This document shows, piece after piece, positions 27,005-36,939 of a stretch of 64,000 nucleotides of DNA. Source of the stretch: Chloroflexota bacterium (GTDB lineage Bacteria; Chloroflexota; UBA11872; UBA12225); NCBI GenBank assembly GCA_034437795.1, contig DAOTTI010000267.1, forward strand, positions 1,277-65,276. Direction: 5' to 3'. The notes under the pieces were generated by a model, which saw only the letters and a program-made list of their open reading frames with translations, was not told where the DNA came from and made no database searches. The position numbers and the translations under genes were made by a program. Within the stretch, counting starts at the first letter, position 1. The number at the start of each line of letters is the position of its first letter.

Positions 27005-29440
27005 TTGCTCTCCCAGGTACAGCCATCGGCGCCCGCCCTTGAGGCCCCGCCGCGCCCGCTGGCCGGCGTGCGCGCGCTCGCCGCGGCAGGCGGCCTGTTG
27101 TGGCTGCTCGCGGCCGTCGTCGTGCTCAGTGGCGCCAGCGCCCTGGCCTACCAGGTCGTCTGGTTCCGCGTGCTCGGGCTCGTCTTTGGCGTGACGGCCC
27201 ACGCCACCAGCGCGGTGCTGGCAGCCTTCATGGCGGGGCTGGCGCTGGGCAGCCTGGCCGCGGGCCGGTTCGTTGACCAGCTGCGCTCGCCCCTGCGCGC
27301 CTACGGCGTCGTCGAGGCGCTGATTGGCCTGGCCGGGCTGGCGAGCCTCAGCGCCTTCGACCTGCTGCAGCCGCTCTATCGCTGGCTGGCGGCCAACATC
27401 ACAGATTCGTTGCTCGCGCTTTCGGTCATACGGTTTGCCCTGGCGTTCGCCATCATGCTCGTCCCCACCACGCTGATGGGCGCGACGCTGCCGCTGGTGG
27501 TGAAGGCCTCGCTCCGCGGCCGGACGGGTGCCCGATCGTTCAGCCGCAGCGTCAGTGTGCTGTATGCCGCGAATACCCTGGGCGCCATCGCCGGCGCTTT
27601 CTCGGCCGGCTTCTACCTGATTGGACTGTGGGGTACCGGCGGCACGACCTCCATCGCCGCCGCTGCTAATCTCCTGGTCGGCGCCGTCTGCCTGGCGCTC
27701 GGGCGGGCTCGCGGGAGAGAGGGCGCGGGGATCGACGTTGGCGGCCAACGGTCCCCTGCCGGCCATGGCGGGACGACGTCCCTGGACGAAGCGACCCTGC
27801 CGCACCCGCGCACGGTGGCGACGGTGATTGTGCTCACCTACGCCGTCTCGGGGGGCATCGCCCTGGCGTACGAGGTGGTGTGGACCCGCGTCCTCTCGGT
27901 GGTCTTCCCGCAGACCGTCTACGCCTTCGCCATCATGCTGTGCTGGATCTTGGCCGGCATCTCGGCTGGGAGCTGGCTGATCAACACGGTGATCACGCGC
28001 CGGGCGAACTGGGTGCTCGTCTTCGCCGCGCTGGAAGCGCTGATGGGCATCTCCGCTGCGCTCTCGGTCACGGTGCTGAGCCGCGTCTACGGCGCTGAGG
28101 CCGTGCTCCGCCGCCTCCTGGCGACTGAGGACCTGCTGACAGGCGAGCTCTGGTTCATCTCCCTCGTCGCTTGCGCGACGATCTTCCCAACGGCGCTGCT
28201 GATGGGCGCCGCCTTTCCGGTGTCCGCCAAGCTGTATGGCGCAGGGCACCCCGACGTCGGGCGGCGCCTGGGCGTGATCAACGGCGCCAACGTGCTGGGC
28301 GGCATCGCCGGTGCGCTCCTGGCCGGTCTGGTCCTGATCCCGACGCTGGGCAGCCAGCGCGCCACGTGGCTGCTCGCGTCGGGGAACGTCGTGCTGGCCC
28401 TGGTGGTGCTGGCCGTGTCCTCTGCGCCCAGGGGTCGGGCCGCCAAGCTTGCGCTTGGCGGAGCGGCCGTTGGGCTGCTTGCGGCTGCAGCCGGGCTGAC
28501 GCCGGACATGTACCACCGGCTCTTTGCCAGCCACCCGCGGGGCGAGCAGGTGGTCTGGTACGAGGAGGGCGAGGACGCCACCATCAAGGTGGTCCGCACC
28601 GACCGCGGCAACCTGCTGCTGTATGTGAACAGCCAGGGGCAGGCGTCCGATGCAGGGAGCGGGCTGCTCTTCCACCGCGCCCTCGGCCATCTGCCGGCGC
28701 TGCTGCACCCATGGCCGGAGGAGGCTCTGGTGGTCGGGCTGGGCGGCGGCGCCACCGCCGGTGCGGTCGCGTTGCACACCGGGCTGAACGTGACGGTCGC
28801 CGAGCTGCACGGCGGCGTGGTCCGTGCGGCGCGCCTGTTTACCCACGCCAACCTCGGTGTGCTCGACCGGCCCAACGTGCGGGTGACGCTGGCCGATGGG
28901 CGCAATCACCTGCTGCTGGCGGGTCGCAGGTACGACCTCATCCAGGGCGACATCATCCCGCCGGGGAACGCCGGCGCCGCCAACCTCTACTCGGCCGACT
29001 ACTATCGCCTGGCGCGGGCACGTTTGAAGCCGGGCGGGCTGATGGTGCAGTGGGTGGATAGCGCGCTGCCGGAGTACCAGTGGAAGCTGCTCATCCGTAC
29101 GTTCTTGAGCGTCTTCCCCGACGCCACGCTCTGGGGGCTCAACGCCTCGATCATCGTTGGGTCAGATCGGCCCCTGCGCCTTGATGCGGCGCAGATCGAG
29201 GCGCGGCTCCGCACGCTCGACCCGCGGGCGCGCCTGGACGAGATCCAGATGGGCAGCGTGGAGGACGTCCTGAAGCAGTTCGTCGCCACTCCGGACGAGC
29301 TACACGCCTTCGTTGGCCGCGGGCCAATCATCACCGATCGCCACCCATCCATCGAGTACACGCGCACGCTCCCTGGCGGGGCCAGGGCCGACTACACCCG
29401 CTTCAGCCGTGACGCGCGCCCGCTGCTGGTGCAGCACTGA
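27005..29440 (+). CDS. fused polytopic membrane domain / spermidine synthase-like protein
   Basis: About 12 TM helices, then a class I MTase/aminopropyltransferase-like domain VVGLGGGATAG...YDLIQGDIIPP...LKPGGLMVQW. TTG start is uncertain. Confidence 0.85.
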   Translation: MLSQVQPSAPALEAPPRPLAGVRALAAAGGLLWLLAAVVVLSGASALAYQVVWFRVLGLVFGVTAHATSAVLAAFMAGLALGSLAAGRFVDQLRSPLRAYGVVEALIGLAGLASLSAFDLLQPLYRWLAANITDSLLALSVIRFALAFAIMLVPTTLMGATLPLVVKASLRGRTGARSFSRSVSVLYAANTLGAIAGAFSAGFYLIGLWGTGGTTSIAAAANLLVGAVCLALGRARGREGAGIDVGGQRSPAGHGGTTSLDEATLPHPRTVATVIVLTYAVSGGIALAYEVVWTRVLSVVFPQTVYAFAIMLCWILAGISAGSWLINTVITRRANWVLVFAALEALMGISAALSVTVLSRVYGAEAVLRRLLATEDLLTGELWFISLVACATIFPTALLMGAAFPVSAKLYGAGHPDVGRRLGVINGANVLGGIAGALLAGLVLIPTLGSQRATWLLASGNVVLALVVLAVSSAPRGRAAKLALGGAAVGLLAAAAGLTPDMYHRLFASHPRGEQVVWYEEGEDATIKVVRTDRGNLLLYVNSQGQASDAGSGLLFHRALGHLPALLHPWPEEALVVGLGGGATAGAVALHTGLNVTVAELHGGVVRAARLFTHANLGVLDRPNVRVTLADGRNHLLLAGRRYDLIQGDIIPPGNAGAANLYSADYYRLARARLKPGGLMVQWVDSALPEYQWKLLIRTFLSVFPDATLWGLNASIIVGSDRPLRLDAAQIEARLRTLDPRARLDEIQMGSVEDVLKQFVATPDELHAFVGRGPIITDRHPSIEYTRTLPGGARADYTRFSRDARPLLVQH

Positions 29441-29495
29441 CACAGTACCGACGCAGGACTGAAGGGACCGCCCGGCCCATGCTTCTCACGGCCGA

Positions 29496-30398
29496 TCAGC
29501 GATCAACCAGCGCCGCCCAGAGGTCGTCCGGCACGCGTTCGTCGAACGCGGCCACTGCCGCCTCCACCTCTTGCGGCGAGGCCATGCCGGGGATGACGGC
29601 GTGGACGGCGGGGTGGCGCAGGCAGAAGCGCAGGGCCACGGCCTTGAGCGAGACGCCGAAGTCACGGCAGACGCGCTCGTAGCGCCGCACGCGATCCAGG
29701 ATCTCCGGCGGGGCGTCGCGGTACTTGTACTTTGCTCCGGGCACGGCGCCGGTGGCCAGGATACCGGTACCGTACGGCCCGCCGATCACCACGCCCACGT
29801 TGCGCTCGGCCGCCAGGGGCAGGATGGTCGCCTCGGCCGACCGGTCAAGCAGGTCGTAGCAGTTGGCCACCAGCGCCACGTCGATCTCGCCGCTGGCGAT
29901 GTAGTCGGCGATGATCGGGTCCGGCGTGCCGGCACCGACCCAGCCAACCACGCCTTCCGCCTGTAGGCGGCGCAGGGCGCCGAGCGCGCCGCGGGGGCTG
30001 AGCACCTGCTGGATCGATGGCGCGAGGTGCACGGCGTGCAGGTAGACCAGGGGCAGGTAGTCCAGCCCCAGGCGGGCGAGACTGGCCTCCACGCTGGTCA
30101 GGGTCATGTCGTAGGAGTAGTCGAAGTGCGCCGGGACGCGCCCGACCTTGGTGGCGACGATGGGCCGCGGCCCGGGGTACGTCGCCAGGGCGCGCCCGAT
30201 GAAACGCTCCGACTGCCCCGTGCCGTAGAGGGGGGCCGTGTCTAGGAAGGTGATCCCCAGATCCAGGGCGCGGTGGATGGTAGCCACCGCCTGCGCCTCA
30301 GTCACCCGTCGGCCATACAGCCCGCCGATCGGCGCCCCGCCAAAGCCGAGCCGAGAGACGATCAGATCGGTGCGTCCGAGCCTGGTGTATTCCATCAC
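29496..30398 (-). CDS. aldo/keto reductase
   Basis: LGFGGAPIGG, GITFLDTAPLYG, and the C-terminal VIPGMASPQEVE block. Confidence 0.9.
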   Translation of the reverse strand: MMEYTRLGRTDLIVSRLGFGGAPIGGLYGRRVTEAQAVATIHRALDLGITFLDTAPLYGTGQSERFIGRALATYPGPRPIVATKVGRVPAHFDYSYDMTLTSVEASLARLGLDYLPLVYLHAVHLAPSIQQVLSPRGALGALRRLQAEGVVGWVGAGTPDPIIADYIASGEIDVALVANCYDLLDRSAEATILPLAAERNVGVVIGGPYGTGILATGAVPGAKYKYRDAPPEILDRVRRYERVCRDFGVSLKAVALRFCLRHPAVHAVIPGMASPQEVEAAVAAFDERVPDDLWAALVDR

Positions 30399-30484
30399 GT
30401 TGTCGCATGGCCCAGTTCACCACGGAGACACAGAGCATTCCCTGGGTTTGCACCCCGCGTCTTTGTGTCTCCGCGGTGCGAAGG

Positions 30485-31827
30485 TCACTTGAGCAGCGGA
30501 TTGACCAGCCGGACGATGTCATCAGTGGCGGCCTGGGCGGCCCGTGTCCCCTGCCACACCGGCTCCAGCTGCTTGCTGAAGATGTCATCGAACTCGACGA
30601 ACCTGGGGTGGCTGTAGTGGGGGTGGCGCGCGTTCCTGGCCGACTCCAGCGTGGCGGCCAGCCACTCCGGCTTATAGCTGGGCAAGAGCTCCTGCTTCGC
30701 CAGGCTCCGCACCGGCGGAAAGAGGCTGGACTGAGCCAGCATGACCTTCATGCCGTCGCCGATGGAGAGGTCGGACTGAAGCGCCCAGGCGGCGTCCTGG
30801 TACTTGCTGCCATGGAAGATGGCATAGTTGGCGCCGCCGCCGAAGGTGACGCGCCCCGCGCGGCCGATGGGGATAGGCGCCACGCCCCACGGCATCTGCG
30901 CCGCCTTGTCGATGTCCAGAAGCGCCCAGTTGGCCTGGGTGTGCAGGGCCAGCCGGCCGCTCTGAAAGAAGGCCATCGCGTTCTGGCCGGCCAGGTCCTG
31001 GGGCGAGGGCGCTACCTGGTGCTTGAGCACCAGATCAGCGCGCCACTGGATGGCTTCCGGCGCCGGCGCGCGGTTGAGCACGCACTCCGTCTCCGCCTTG
31101 TTCAAGATCTCGCCACCCCAGGCCCAGACCAGGAGCTGCCAGGCCGGCTGGTCGGCGCCAAAGGTGCGAGCGCCTCCCGGATCGGTGGGACCGGCCACGC
31201 GACGCGCCGCCTCCAGCCAGCGCTCCCAGGTCCAGCTCTGATCCGGCACCGGCTGGCCAGCGCGCGCGAACAGCTCGCGGTTAAACAGGGTCATCTGGAA
31301 CCAGACCTCGGCCGGCAGGCCCCACATCTTGCCCTGCCAGGTCAGGCGCTCCAGTGTGACGGGGAAGAAGTCGGCGCGGCTGATCCGCTTCTCGCGCTGC
31401 AGCCGGTCGTCGATGGCGACGAGGGCGCCTTTGCTGGTAAAGAAGCCCATGTGGTGGGGGCGAACGAGGGAGATGTCCGGCGGCGTGCCGCCGGCAATGA
31501 GGGCCTGGATCTTCTCCAGCTGCGCGTTCACGGGGCCGGTCATGGCCTCGATCTTGACCGTGTGCCCGGATGGCGTGCCTCAAAGCTGCGCACCGCCTGC
31601 TCCGTGGCAGTGCCATAGAGGATAGGGGGCACCCACCAGGTGGTATAAACCAGACTGGCCGGTGCCAGGCGCGTCGCGCCACCTGCCGGTGCCGTCGCCT
31701 GCCCGGGGAGGCACGCCGCCGCTCCGGCCGCTCCCAGCCCAGCGGCACCGTTCGCCGCCAGGCTCAGCAACCGGCGCCGGTGCCACCCTCCCCTGCTGCC
31801 TCCAGCGGTGTACGTCTTTCGTTTCAT
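30485..31827 (-). pseudogene. ABC solute-binding protein gene with a 1-nt frameshift near 31560-31566
   Basis: The N-terminal piece starts at ATG 31827 (SD GGAGGCGAAG): MKRKTYTAGG..WHRRRLLSLAANGAAGLGAAGAAAC...SFEARHPG. The remainder, TVKIEAMTGPVNAQLEKIQALIAGG... (track ORF 30485..31543), is in another frame. Confidence 0.8.
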
Positions 31828-31860
31828 CTTCGCCTCCTGCCTGTGTGGCTTCGCGTCTGC

Positions 31861-31950
31861 CTGCGTACCCTTGCGTGAGTGGCTTCGCGGTGAACCAGAC
31901 GTCCTCGAAGCGGATGCCCTGCTGCGTACCCTTGCGTGAGTGGCTTCGCG
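31861..31950. repeat. 29-bp perfect direct repeat pair
   Basis: CTGCGTACCCTTGCGTGAGTGGCTTCGCG at 31861-31889 and 31922-31950 (period 61). A third partial GTGGCTTCGCGTC lies at 31845. Confidence 0.9.
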
Positions 31951-32013
31951 TCCGGCGGACCTGCCGCGCCCGGCGCAGACACGAGCCATGCCAGTAAACC
32001 TCTGGCCAAGAAG

Positions 32014-33495
32014 TCAGGCCAGCGCTGCATCGACCTGGCGCTTGATCTTCGCCGCCGTCTCGCGGGCCGAGGCGGCGCCGGCAAACAGCGGCTCCAGCTC
32101 GGTCCGCACGATCCGATCCACCTCGCCCCACTTCGGGTGCACCGGGTCGGGGCGCGAGTGGTTGCCGGCCTCGAAGACGGTCTTCCGGTTCTTGGGGGGC
32201 AGGTGCGGATCGGCGTTAGCGAACCACTCGGCGATCGACTTGCGCGAGGGATAGAAGAACCCGGCCTGGATCTTCTGGTTCTCGGGGCTGAGCAGGTGCT
32301 GGAGCAGGGCCCAGGCCTCCTCGCGGTTCCGCGTCTCAGCGGGGATGGCCCAGCCGGTGCCGCCGCCAGTGGTCTGGCGTACCGCCCGACCCTTGGGGAC
32401 GACGCCCACTTCCCACCGAAAGCTGGTGACGCCCGTCTGGTGGCGCTGCATCGCCCCGCTGGTGAAGACGTGCATCGCCACGCGCCCCTTGTAGAACATC
32501 TGGTCGGTCTGCTCGGCCTGAGCCATAGCCATGGGCGGGGCCACCGCGTGCCTGGCAACCAGGTCGCCCATGAACTGGAGCCCGTCGACCGCCTCGGGCC
32601 GATCGATGACGCACGTCCTGCCGTCGGGCGAGAGGATATCGCCGCCGGCATTCCAGATGAAGAGGCCGTAGGTGAAGCGCAGGCCGGGCCACATGCCGTA
32701 GCCGAAGTGGCCGCCCTTCCCCTCGTCGGCCGTCCTGGTCAGGGCGCGGGCGTCGGCCAGGAACTCGTCCCAGGTCCAGGCGCTGCCACCCCAGTCCGCC
32801 GGCGGGGGCTTGCGGCCGGCCTGCTCGAAGAGGTCGACGTTGTAATAGAGCACCTGGTTGGCATAGCCGCGGGGCAGCCCGGCCTGCTTGCCCTCCCACT
32901 GCCACTGTCTCAGCGCCCGCTCAAAGTAGTCCTTGAGGTCATAGCGGTCCCGCTGGATAAGCGGATCCAGGAGCAGTAGCTGGCTGCGCGAGGCCATGGC
33001 CGCCAGATCGGCTGCGCTCGTGGAGGTAATATCGGGCGCCGTGCCGGCGGCGATCATCGCCAGGACCTTGGCCGTATCCCCCTGGACGTACTCCGCCGTC
33101 CAGCCCGGGTGCCGCGCCGCGAAGCTGGCCAGCACCGTCTGGAAGTCGTTCGTCGCCGAGGTGGGGATGCTGGTGACGATACTCAGGGCCACGCCCGTCC
33201 GGCGCGGCGTCGCGGAAGCGCCCGGCGCGGACGGGGCACGCCGGCCCGCTCCCACCCCAGCGCAGGCCGCCGTGACCGGCAGCAGGGCCGCGACCGCCGC
33301 GGCGCTCAGTACCGCCGTACGGCGAGTGGCGCCCCCCAGCGCACCGGCTGCCCCGCATGTCACCGGCCGCAGACTGCCACTTATCTGCTCGTGCGCCGGC
33401 GGCGCCGAACCTCGCTCCGGCCGGAGCCCCCGGCATCCTGCTGGCCCCGGCTCATCAGAACCTGGTCTACCTCCTGGCATAGCTTCCACCCTCAT
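32014..33495 (-). CDS. ABC transporter solute-binding protein, Tat lipoprotein
   Basis: ATRRTAVLSAAAVAALLPVTAACAG signal and SBP blocks. The exact start is uncertain. Confidence 0.85.
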   Translation of the reverse strand: MRVEAMPGGRPGSDEPGPAGCRGLRPERGSAPPAHEQISGSLRPVTCGAAGALGGATRRTAVLSAAAVAALLPVTAACAGVGAGRRAPSAPGASATPRRTGVALSIVTSIPTSATNDFQTVLASFAARHPGWTAEYVQGDTAKVLAMIAAGTAPDITSTSAADLAAMASRSQLLLLDPLIQRDRYDLKDYFERALRQWQWEGKQAGLPRGYANQVLYYNVDLFEQAGRKPPPADWGGSAWTWDEFLADARALTRTADEGKGGHFGYGMWPGLRFTYGLFIWNAGGDILSPDGRTCVIDRPEAVDGLQFMGDLVARHAVAPPMAMAQAEQTDQMFYKGRVAMHVFTSGAMQRHQTGVTSFRWEVGVVPKGRAVRQTTGGGTGWAIPAETRNREEAWALLQHLLSPENQKIQAGFFYPSRKSIAEWFANADPHLPPKNRKTVFEAGNHSRPDPVHPKWGEVDRIVRTELEPLFAGAASARETAAKIKRQVDAALA

Positions 33496-33531
33496 GATCT
33501 ATCGCGGTATCGTGGCAGGCCCAAACGGCAT

Positions 33532-34854
33532 CTACTGCAGCCGCGGTCGGTCCAGGAGTGCCTGGTATGGGCCCATGGCCGCCACGATGACCTGTTCCAC
33601 ACCTTGCTCGCCGCTCCACAAGGGCTCGAACAGCTTTTCGGTGAGTTGCTGGATCTCCGGCATCCGGAAGTTTGCGGGGACAGCCACCGGCCCGACCGTC
33701 TCCCTGTCCATGAAGTCCTTAAACACCCTGAACATGGGCTGGTTGGCGAACTCTGGTTCATTCCAAGCGTCCGGCCTGGCCCCCGGGATACCGCTATCCA
33801 GACGCGCCTGGCGCAGCGCCGACTCCTTGTTCGTGAGCCATTTGTGGAGCTCCCAGGCTTCATCGGGGTGCCTGGTTCTGGCATTCATCTCAAACAGCCC
33901 CACGTGCCGCTGGGAGCCGCGCCTGCCGCCAGGCCCTCGAGGGATCAATACGGCGTCTACCTTGAACCGGTCGCCGGCCTGGCGCGGAAACCCCAGGTAG
34001 TTGGACATCAGGCTCTGGCGCATGGCCACGGCACCGCCGGTAAAGGTGGCCTTATCGCTCGGCAATGGATGCACGCGATAGCGGTGGCGTAGATCGTAGA
34101 GAAATTGCAGGGCCTGCCTGGCGGCAGGGCGGTCGATGGCCGGCCTCGTGCCGAAGGTGGGCGGATCCAGGAACTCGCCGCCAAAGGTGCGTAGCCACAC
34201 CAGTGTGGGCGGGTAGGCCGTCTCGGTCTCGATCCCCCAGCGTTCACCCGGCCGGGTCAGGCGCCGCGCCGCGTCCAGCAAGTCGTCGAACGTCCAGTTC
34301 ATCGCCGGTGGCTTGACACCGGCTTCGGCGAAGAGGTTGACGTTATAGAACAACCCAAGATGGCTGGGGTGGGTCGTTGAGGGCAGGCCAAGCAGCTTGC
34401 CCTCCAGGCGCGCCGTCTCAATGGCGGCTGAGTAGTACTGTTTAAGGTCGAACTTGTCGCGACCCACCAGGGCATCGAGCACCTTGAAGTGCCCCTGTGA
34501 ACCGAGCTGGTAGTAGGCGCCCACGCCGACGCTATCCCAGACGAGGTCGCCCATCTCGCCGGCTGCGACCAGGACCAGCAGCTTCTCATATCCTGAGTTG
34601 GGGATCGGTTCCACACTCACCCACGGGTAAGCCTCGCTGAATTCCCTGGCGCGCTCGGGGATCCAGCGCTCAGTTCGATAGTTCAAGCGAAGCGTAACGG
34701 GCTGCCTGCTCAGAGTGGCCGGCGCGCCGCCTGGCGCGAGGCGCCGCTCGGCTCCTGTGCTGCAAGCGGTGGCCAGAACCCCACCCACAAAAGCGCCCGT
34801 CCCGATCGCTCCCTTCAGATACCGCCTTCGCCGCACTGATATGTGACCTCGCAT
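33532..34854 (-). CDS. ABC transporter solute-binding protein, Tat lipoprotein
   Basis: VRRRRYLKGAIGTGAFVGGVLATACS signal and SBP blocks (KLLGLPS, GGEFLD). Confidence 0.9.
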   Translation of the reverse strand: MRGHISVRRRRYLKGAIGTGAFVGGVLATACSTGAERRLAPGGAPATLSRQPVTLRLNYRTERWIPERAREFSEAYPWVSVEPIPNSGYEKLLVLVAAGEMGDLVWDSVGVGAYYQLGSQGHFKVLDALVGRDKFDLKQYYSAAIETARLEGKLLGLPSTTHPSHLGLFYNVNLFAEAGVKPPAMNWTFDDLLDAARRLTRPGERWGIETETAYPPTLVWLRTFGGEFLDPPTFGTRPAIDRPAARQALQFLYDLRHRYRVHPLPSDKATFTGGAVAMRQSLMSNYLGFPRQAGDRFKVDAVLIPRGPGGRRGSQRHVGLFEMNARTRHPDEAWELHKWLTNKESALRQARLDSGIPGARPDAWNEPEFANQPMFRVFKDFMDRETVGPVAVPANFRMPEIQQLTEKLFEPLWSGEQGVEQVIVAAMGPYQALLDRPRLQ

Positions 34855-34956
34855 TCGTGTCTCTCCTTCCGCGCGTTACGTTGTCACAGATACACTCCTC
34901 CCGCGCGTGTGTGATGGGTGCAGGATGAACTCCTGCTGCACGTGTGGCACGCGCCG

Positions 34957-36909
34957 TCACTCGTCGAACAGGTCATGGCACACCGCGCCGATGCTGTGCG
35001 CCGGCGGGCGCAGGCCCATGAGGTGGCAGAGCGTGGGCGCCACGTCGGTCATGCGCATCAGGCCATAGCGCTGCCAGTCACGCTCGTAGCCGGCCTTCAC
35101 CCCCGGCCCGGCGAGGATCCAGGCCGCCATGTTGGTGAAATGCCTGGTCTCGGCCGTGGGGATCTGTGAGCTGTGGAAAGCGCCCCGCCCGCGGCCGGCT
35201 GTCCCTCCGCCAGCCGGTGCACCCCAACCATAGCCGCGGCTCATGACGAAGACCACGTCGCCGCAGACATCGCCCCAGTAGCCAATGAGCTGCCCGTCCT
35301 GGATCGGCAAGGCCAACGCCACCACGCGCTGCCCCGTTTCGCCGTCGCGCCAGTCCAGCAGGGCGTCGATCACTTGCGCCTGTACCCGCTCATACTGGTC
35401 CAGGGGGACGATGCCCATCGGCTCACGCCCCTGCAGGTTGACCCAGATCTCTGCCCCGCGGTCGGCCTGCATGTAGACCTGAGAGTGGCTGAAGTCAATC
35501 TGCCGCCCTGGCCCGTCCTGGAAGGCCACCAGCCCGCACTCCGCCAGCCGGCCCAGCACGTCGCCGCAGCGATGGGTCGGCGAGAGGGCGTGGTCGGAGA
35601 TGACGCAGACCAGGGTGTCGTCATCGGCCAGCTCCAGGAACTGCTTGAGCACGGCGTCGCCCACCATATAGGTCTGGCGCTGCGCGTCCATCAGCCACGC
35701 GGCGCGCCTGGGGTCATACTCCGGCCCATCCGGGTCCGCCCCATTGACCGTGGGGTGGTTGATGTGATCGAAGAGGTGCCAGTGGCACCAGTGCAGGTCC
35801 CAGCCGCCGTGCTCCAGCAGGTACCTGGCGGCCTTGTAGAGCCACTCACCCTGGTAGCGGATGTCGTCCAGGAAGATGCGCAGCCCGGCGTCGTCGCGCG
35901 GGCCGACGGTAAACATGTCGAAGAACGGGCCACATACCTGCAGCAGCTCCCGGCTCAGTTCGGCCGGCACGGTGAAGCCGTCCGCCTGGAAGACCTGGGA
36001 GCGGCAGAAGCGGAGCGCGCCTTCTTCCGGCCGGCAATCGATGAGCCGGAAGCGCACGGTGCCGTCGGCGGCGTCGCGGGCGCCGGGCTCGCCCCACAGG
36101 TGGCGGGCGAAGGGGCTCCACTCTCCCAGCTCTCCCGGCCGGCCACAGGGGAGGTCGGCCAGGGGCGCGGCGCCGTCCGGCTGCGCGTAGATGCGCAGCC
36201 TGGAAAACGCCCCGCTCGGCGCCCGCTCGACAAGGACGTGCAGCCAGACTGTCCCGCCGCGGACCAGCGGGACCGGCACGCGCGCCGCCAGCGCCCCTTC
36301 CGGCGCCTGCGACCACCCTGCCGCCCGCGCCGGAAGCAGCCCGATGCGGGCCGTGCCCGGCGGCAGCCCTTCCTCAGCCAGCGCGGTGGAGCGCTCGCGC
36401 AGGGCTGGCCCGGCGGCGACGGCGCTGCCGCTGGCGCCGGCCGGCTCACGGGTGGAGAGGAGGTACTGCGCCGGGCGGGCCAGCTCGCACGGGGAATCGT
36501 GCAGGCCGGCGGCGATGACGGCGCCATGGCGCAGGCGCCCGGGCCACGATCCCGAGGGATAGAAGCTGACGACGGCGCGCCGCCCGACGGCATCGAAGAC
36601 GTCCCAGATGGCCTCGGCAGCCATCGCCTCGCTCGACCAGGCGTCGACGCGAGGCGCATCCCAGGGGTCGGTCTTGCGGCGCACGCTCCAGCCTCCGAGG
36701 TGGTGGGTACCCGGCGGCGCGCCGGTGGCCATCGTCGCCCAGTTGGTCGGGGTCCAGGCGGGGATGGCGGGCAGCAGCCGGTTGGTGCTGCCACGGGCCA
36801 TCAGCGCCGAGAAGGTGGGCAGCACCCCCTCGGCGGCGAACTTCCGAAGCAAGGGGAGGTTCATCCCGTCCATCCCGATCTGCAACAGCCGCTGGGGGCG
36901 TCTGGCCAT
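34957..36909 (-). CDS. alkaline-phosphatase superfamily protein (type I phosphodiesterase/nucleotide pyrophosphatase-like)
   Basis: Start MARRPQRLLQIGMDGMNLPLL at 36909. Metal/nucleophile region PAWTPTNWATMATGAPPGTHHLGG and DHINHP, ISDHAL blocks. The track ORF to 37353 is an artefactual extension. Confidence 0.8.
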   Translation of the reverse strand: MARRPQRLLQIGMDGMNLPLLRKFAAEGVLPTFSALMARGSTNRLLPAIPAWTPTNWATMATGAPPGTHHLGGWSVRRKTDPWDAPRVDAWSSEAMAAEAIWDVFDAVGRRAVVSFYPSGSWPGRLRHGAVIAAGLHDSPCELARPAQYLLSTREPAGASGSAVAAGPALRERSTALAEEGLPPGTARIGLLPARAAGWSQAPEGALAARVPVPLVRGGTVWLHVLVERAPSGAFSRLRIYAQPDGAAPLADLPCGRPGELGEWSPFARHLWGEPGARDAADGTVRFRLIDCRPEEGALRFCRSQVFQADGFTVPAELSRELLQVCGPFFDMFTVGPRDDAGLRIFLDDIRYQGEWLYKAARYLLEHGGWDLHWCHWHLFDHINHPTVNGADPDGPEYDPRRAAWLMDAQRQTYMVGDAVLKQFLELADDDTLVCVISDHALSPTHRCGDVLGRLAECGLVAFQDGPGRQIDFSHSQVYMQADRGAEIWVNLQGREPMGIVPLDQYERVQAQVIDALLDWRDGETGQRVVALALPIQDGQLIGYWGDVCGDVVFVMSRGYGWGAPAGGGTAGRGRGAFHSSQIPTAETRHFTNMAAWILAGPGVKAGYERDWQRYGLMRMTDVAPTLCHLMGLRPPAHSIGAVCHDLFDE

Positions 36910-36939
36910 CCCTGCTTTTCCTTCACACTTTGATGAAAT

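Noticed and set aside
26921-28909. 662-aa minus-strand ORF
   Set aside because: Antisense to the membrane/spermidine-synthase fusion gene. Extreme Arg/Gln/Gly bias and no domain signal.
35173-36933. 586-aa plus-strand ORF
   Set aside because: Antisense to the AlkP-family gene. Low-complexity Arg/Gly/Ala/Pro sequence.
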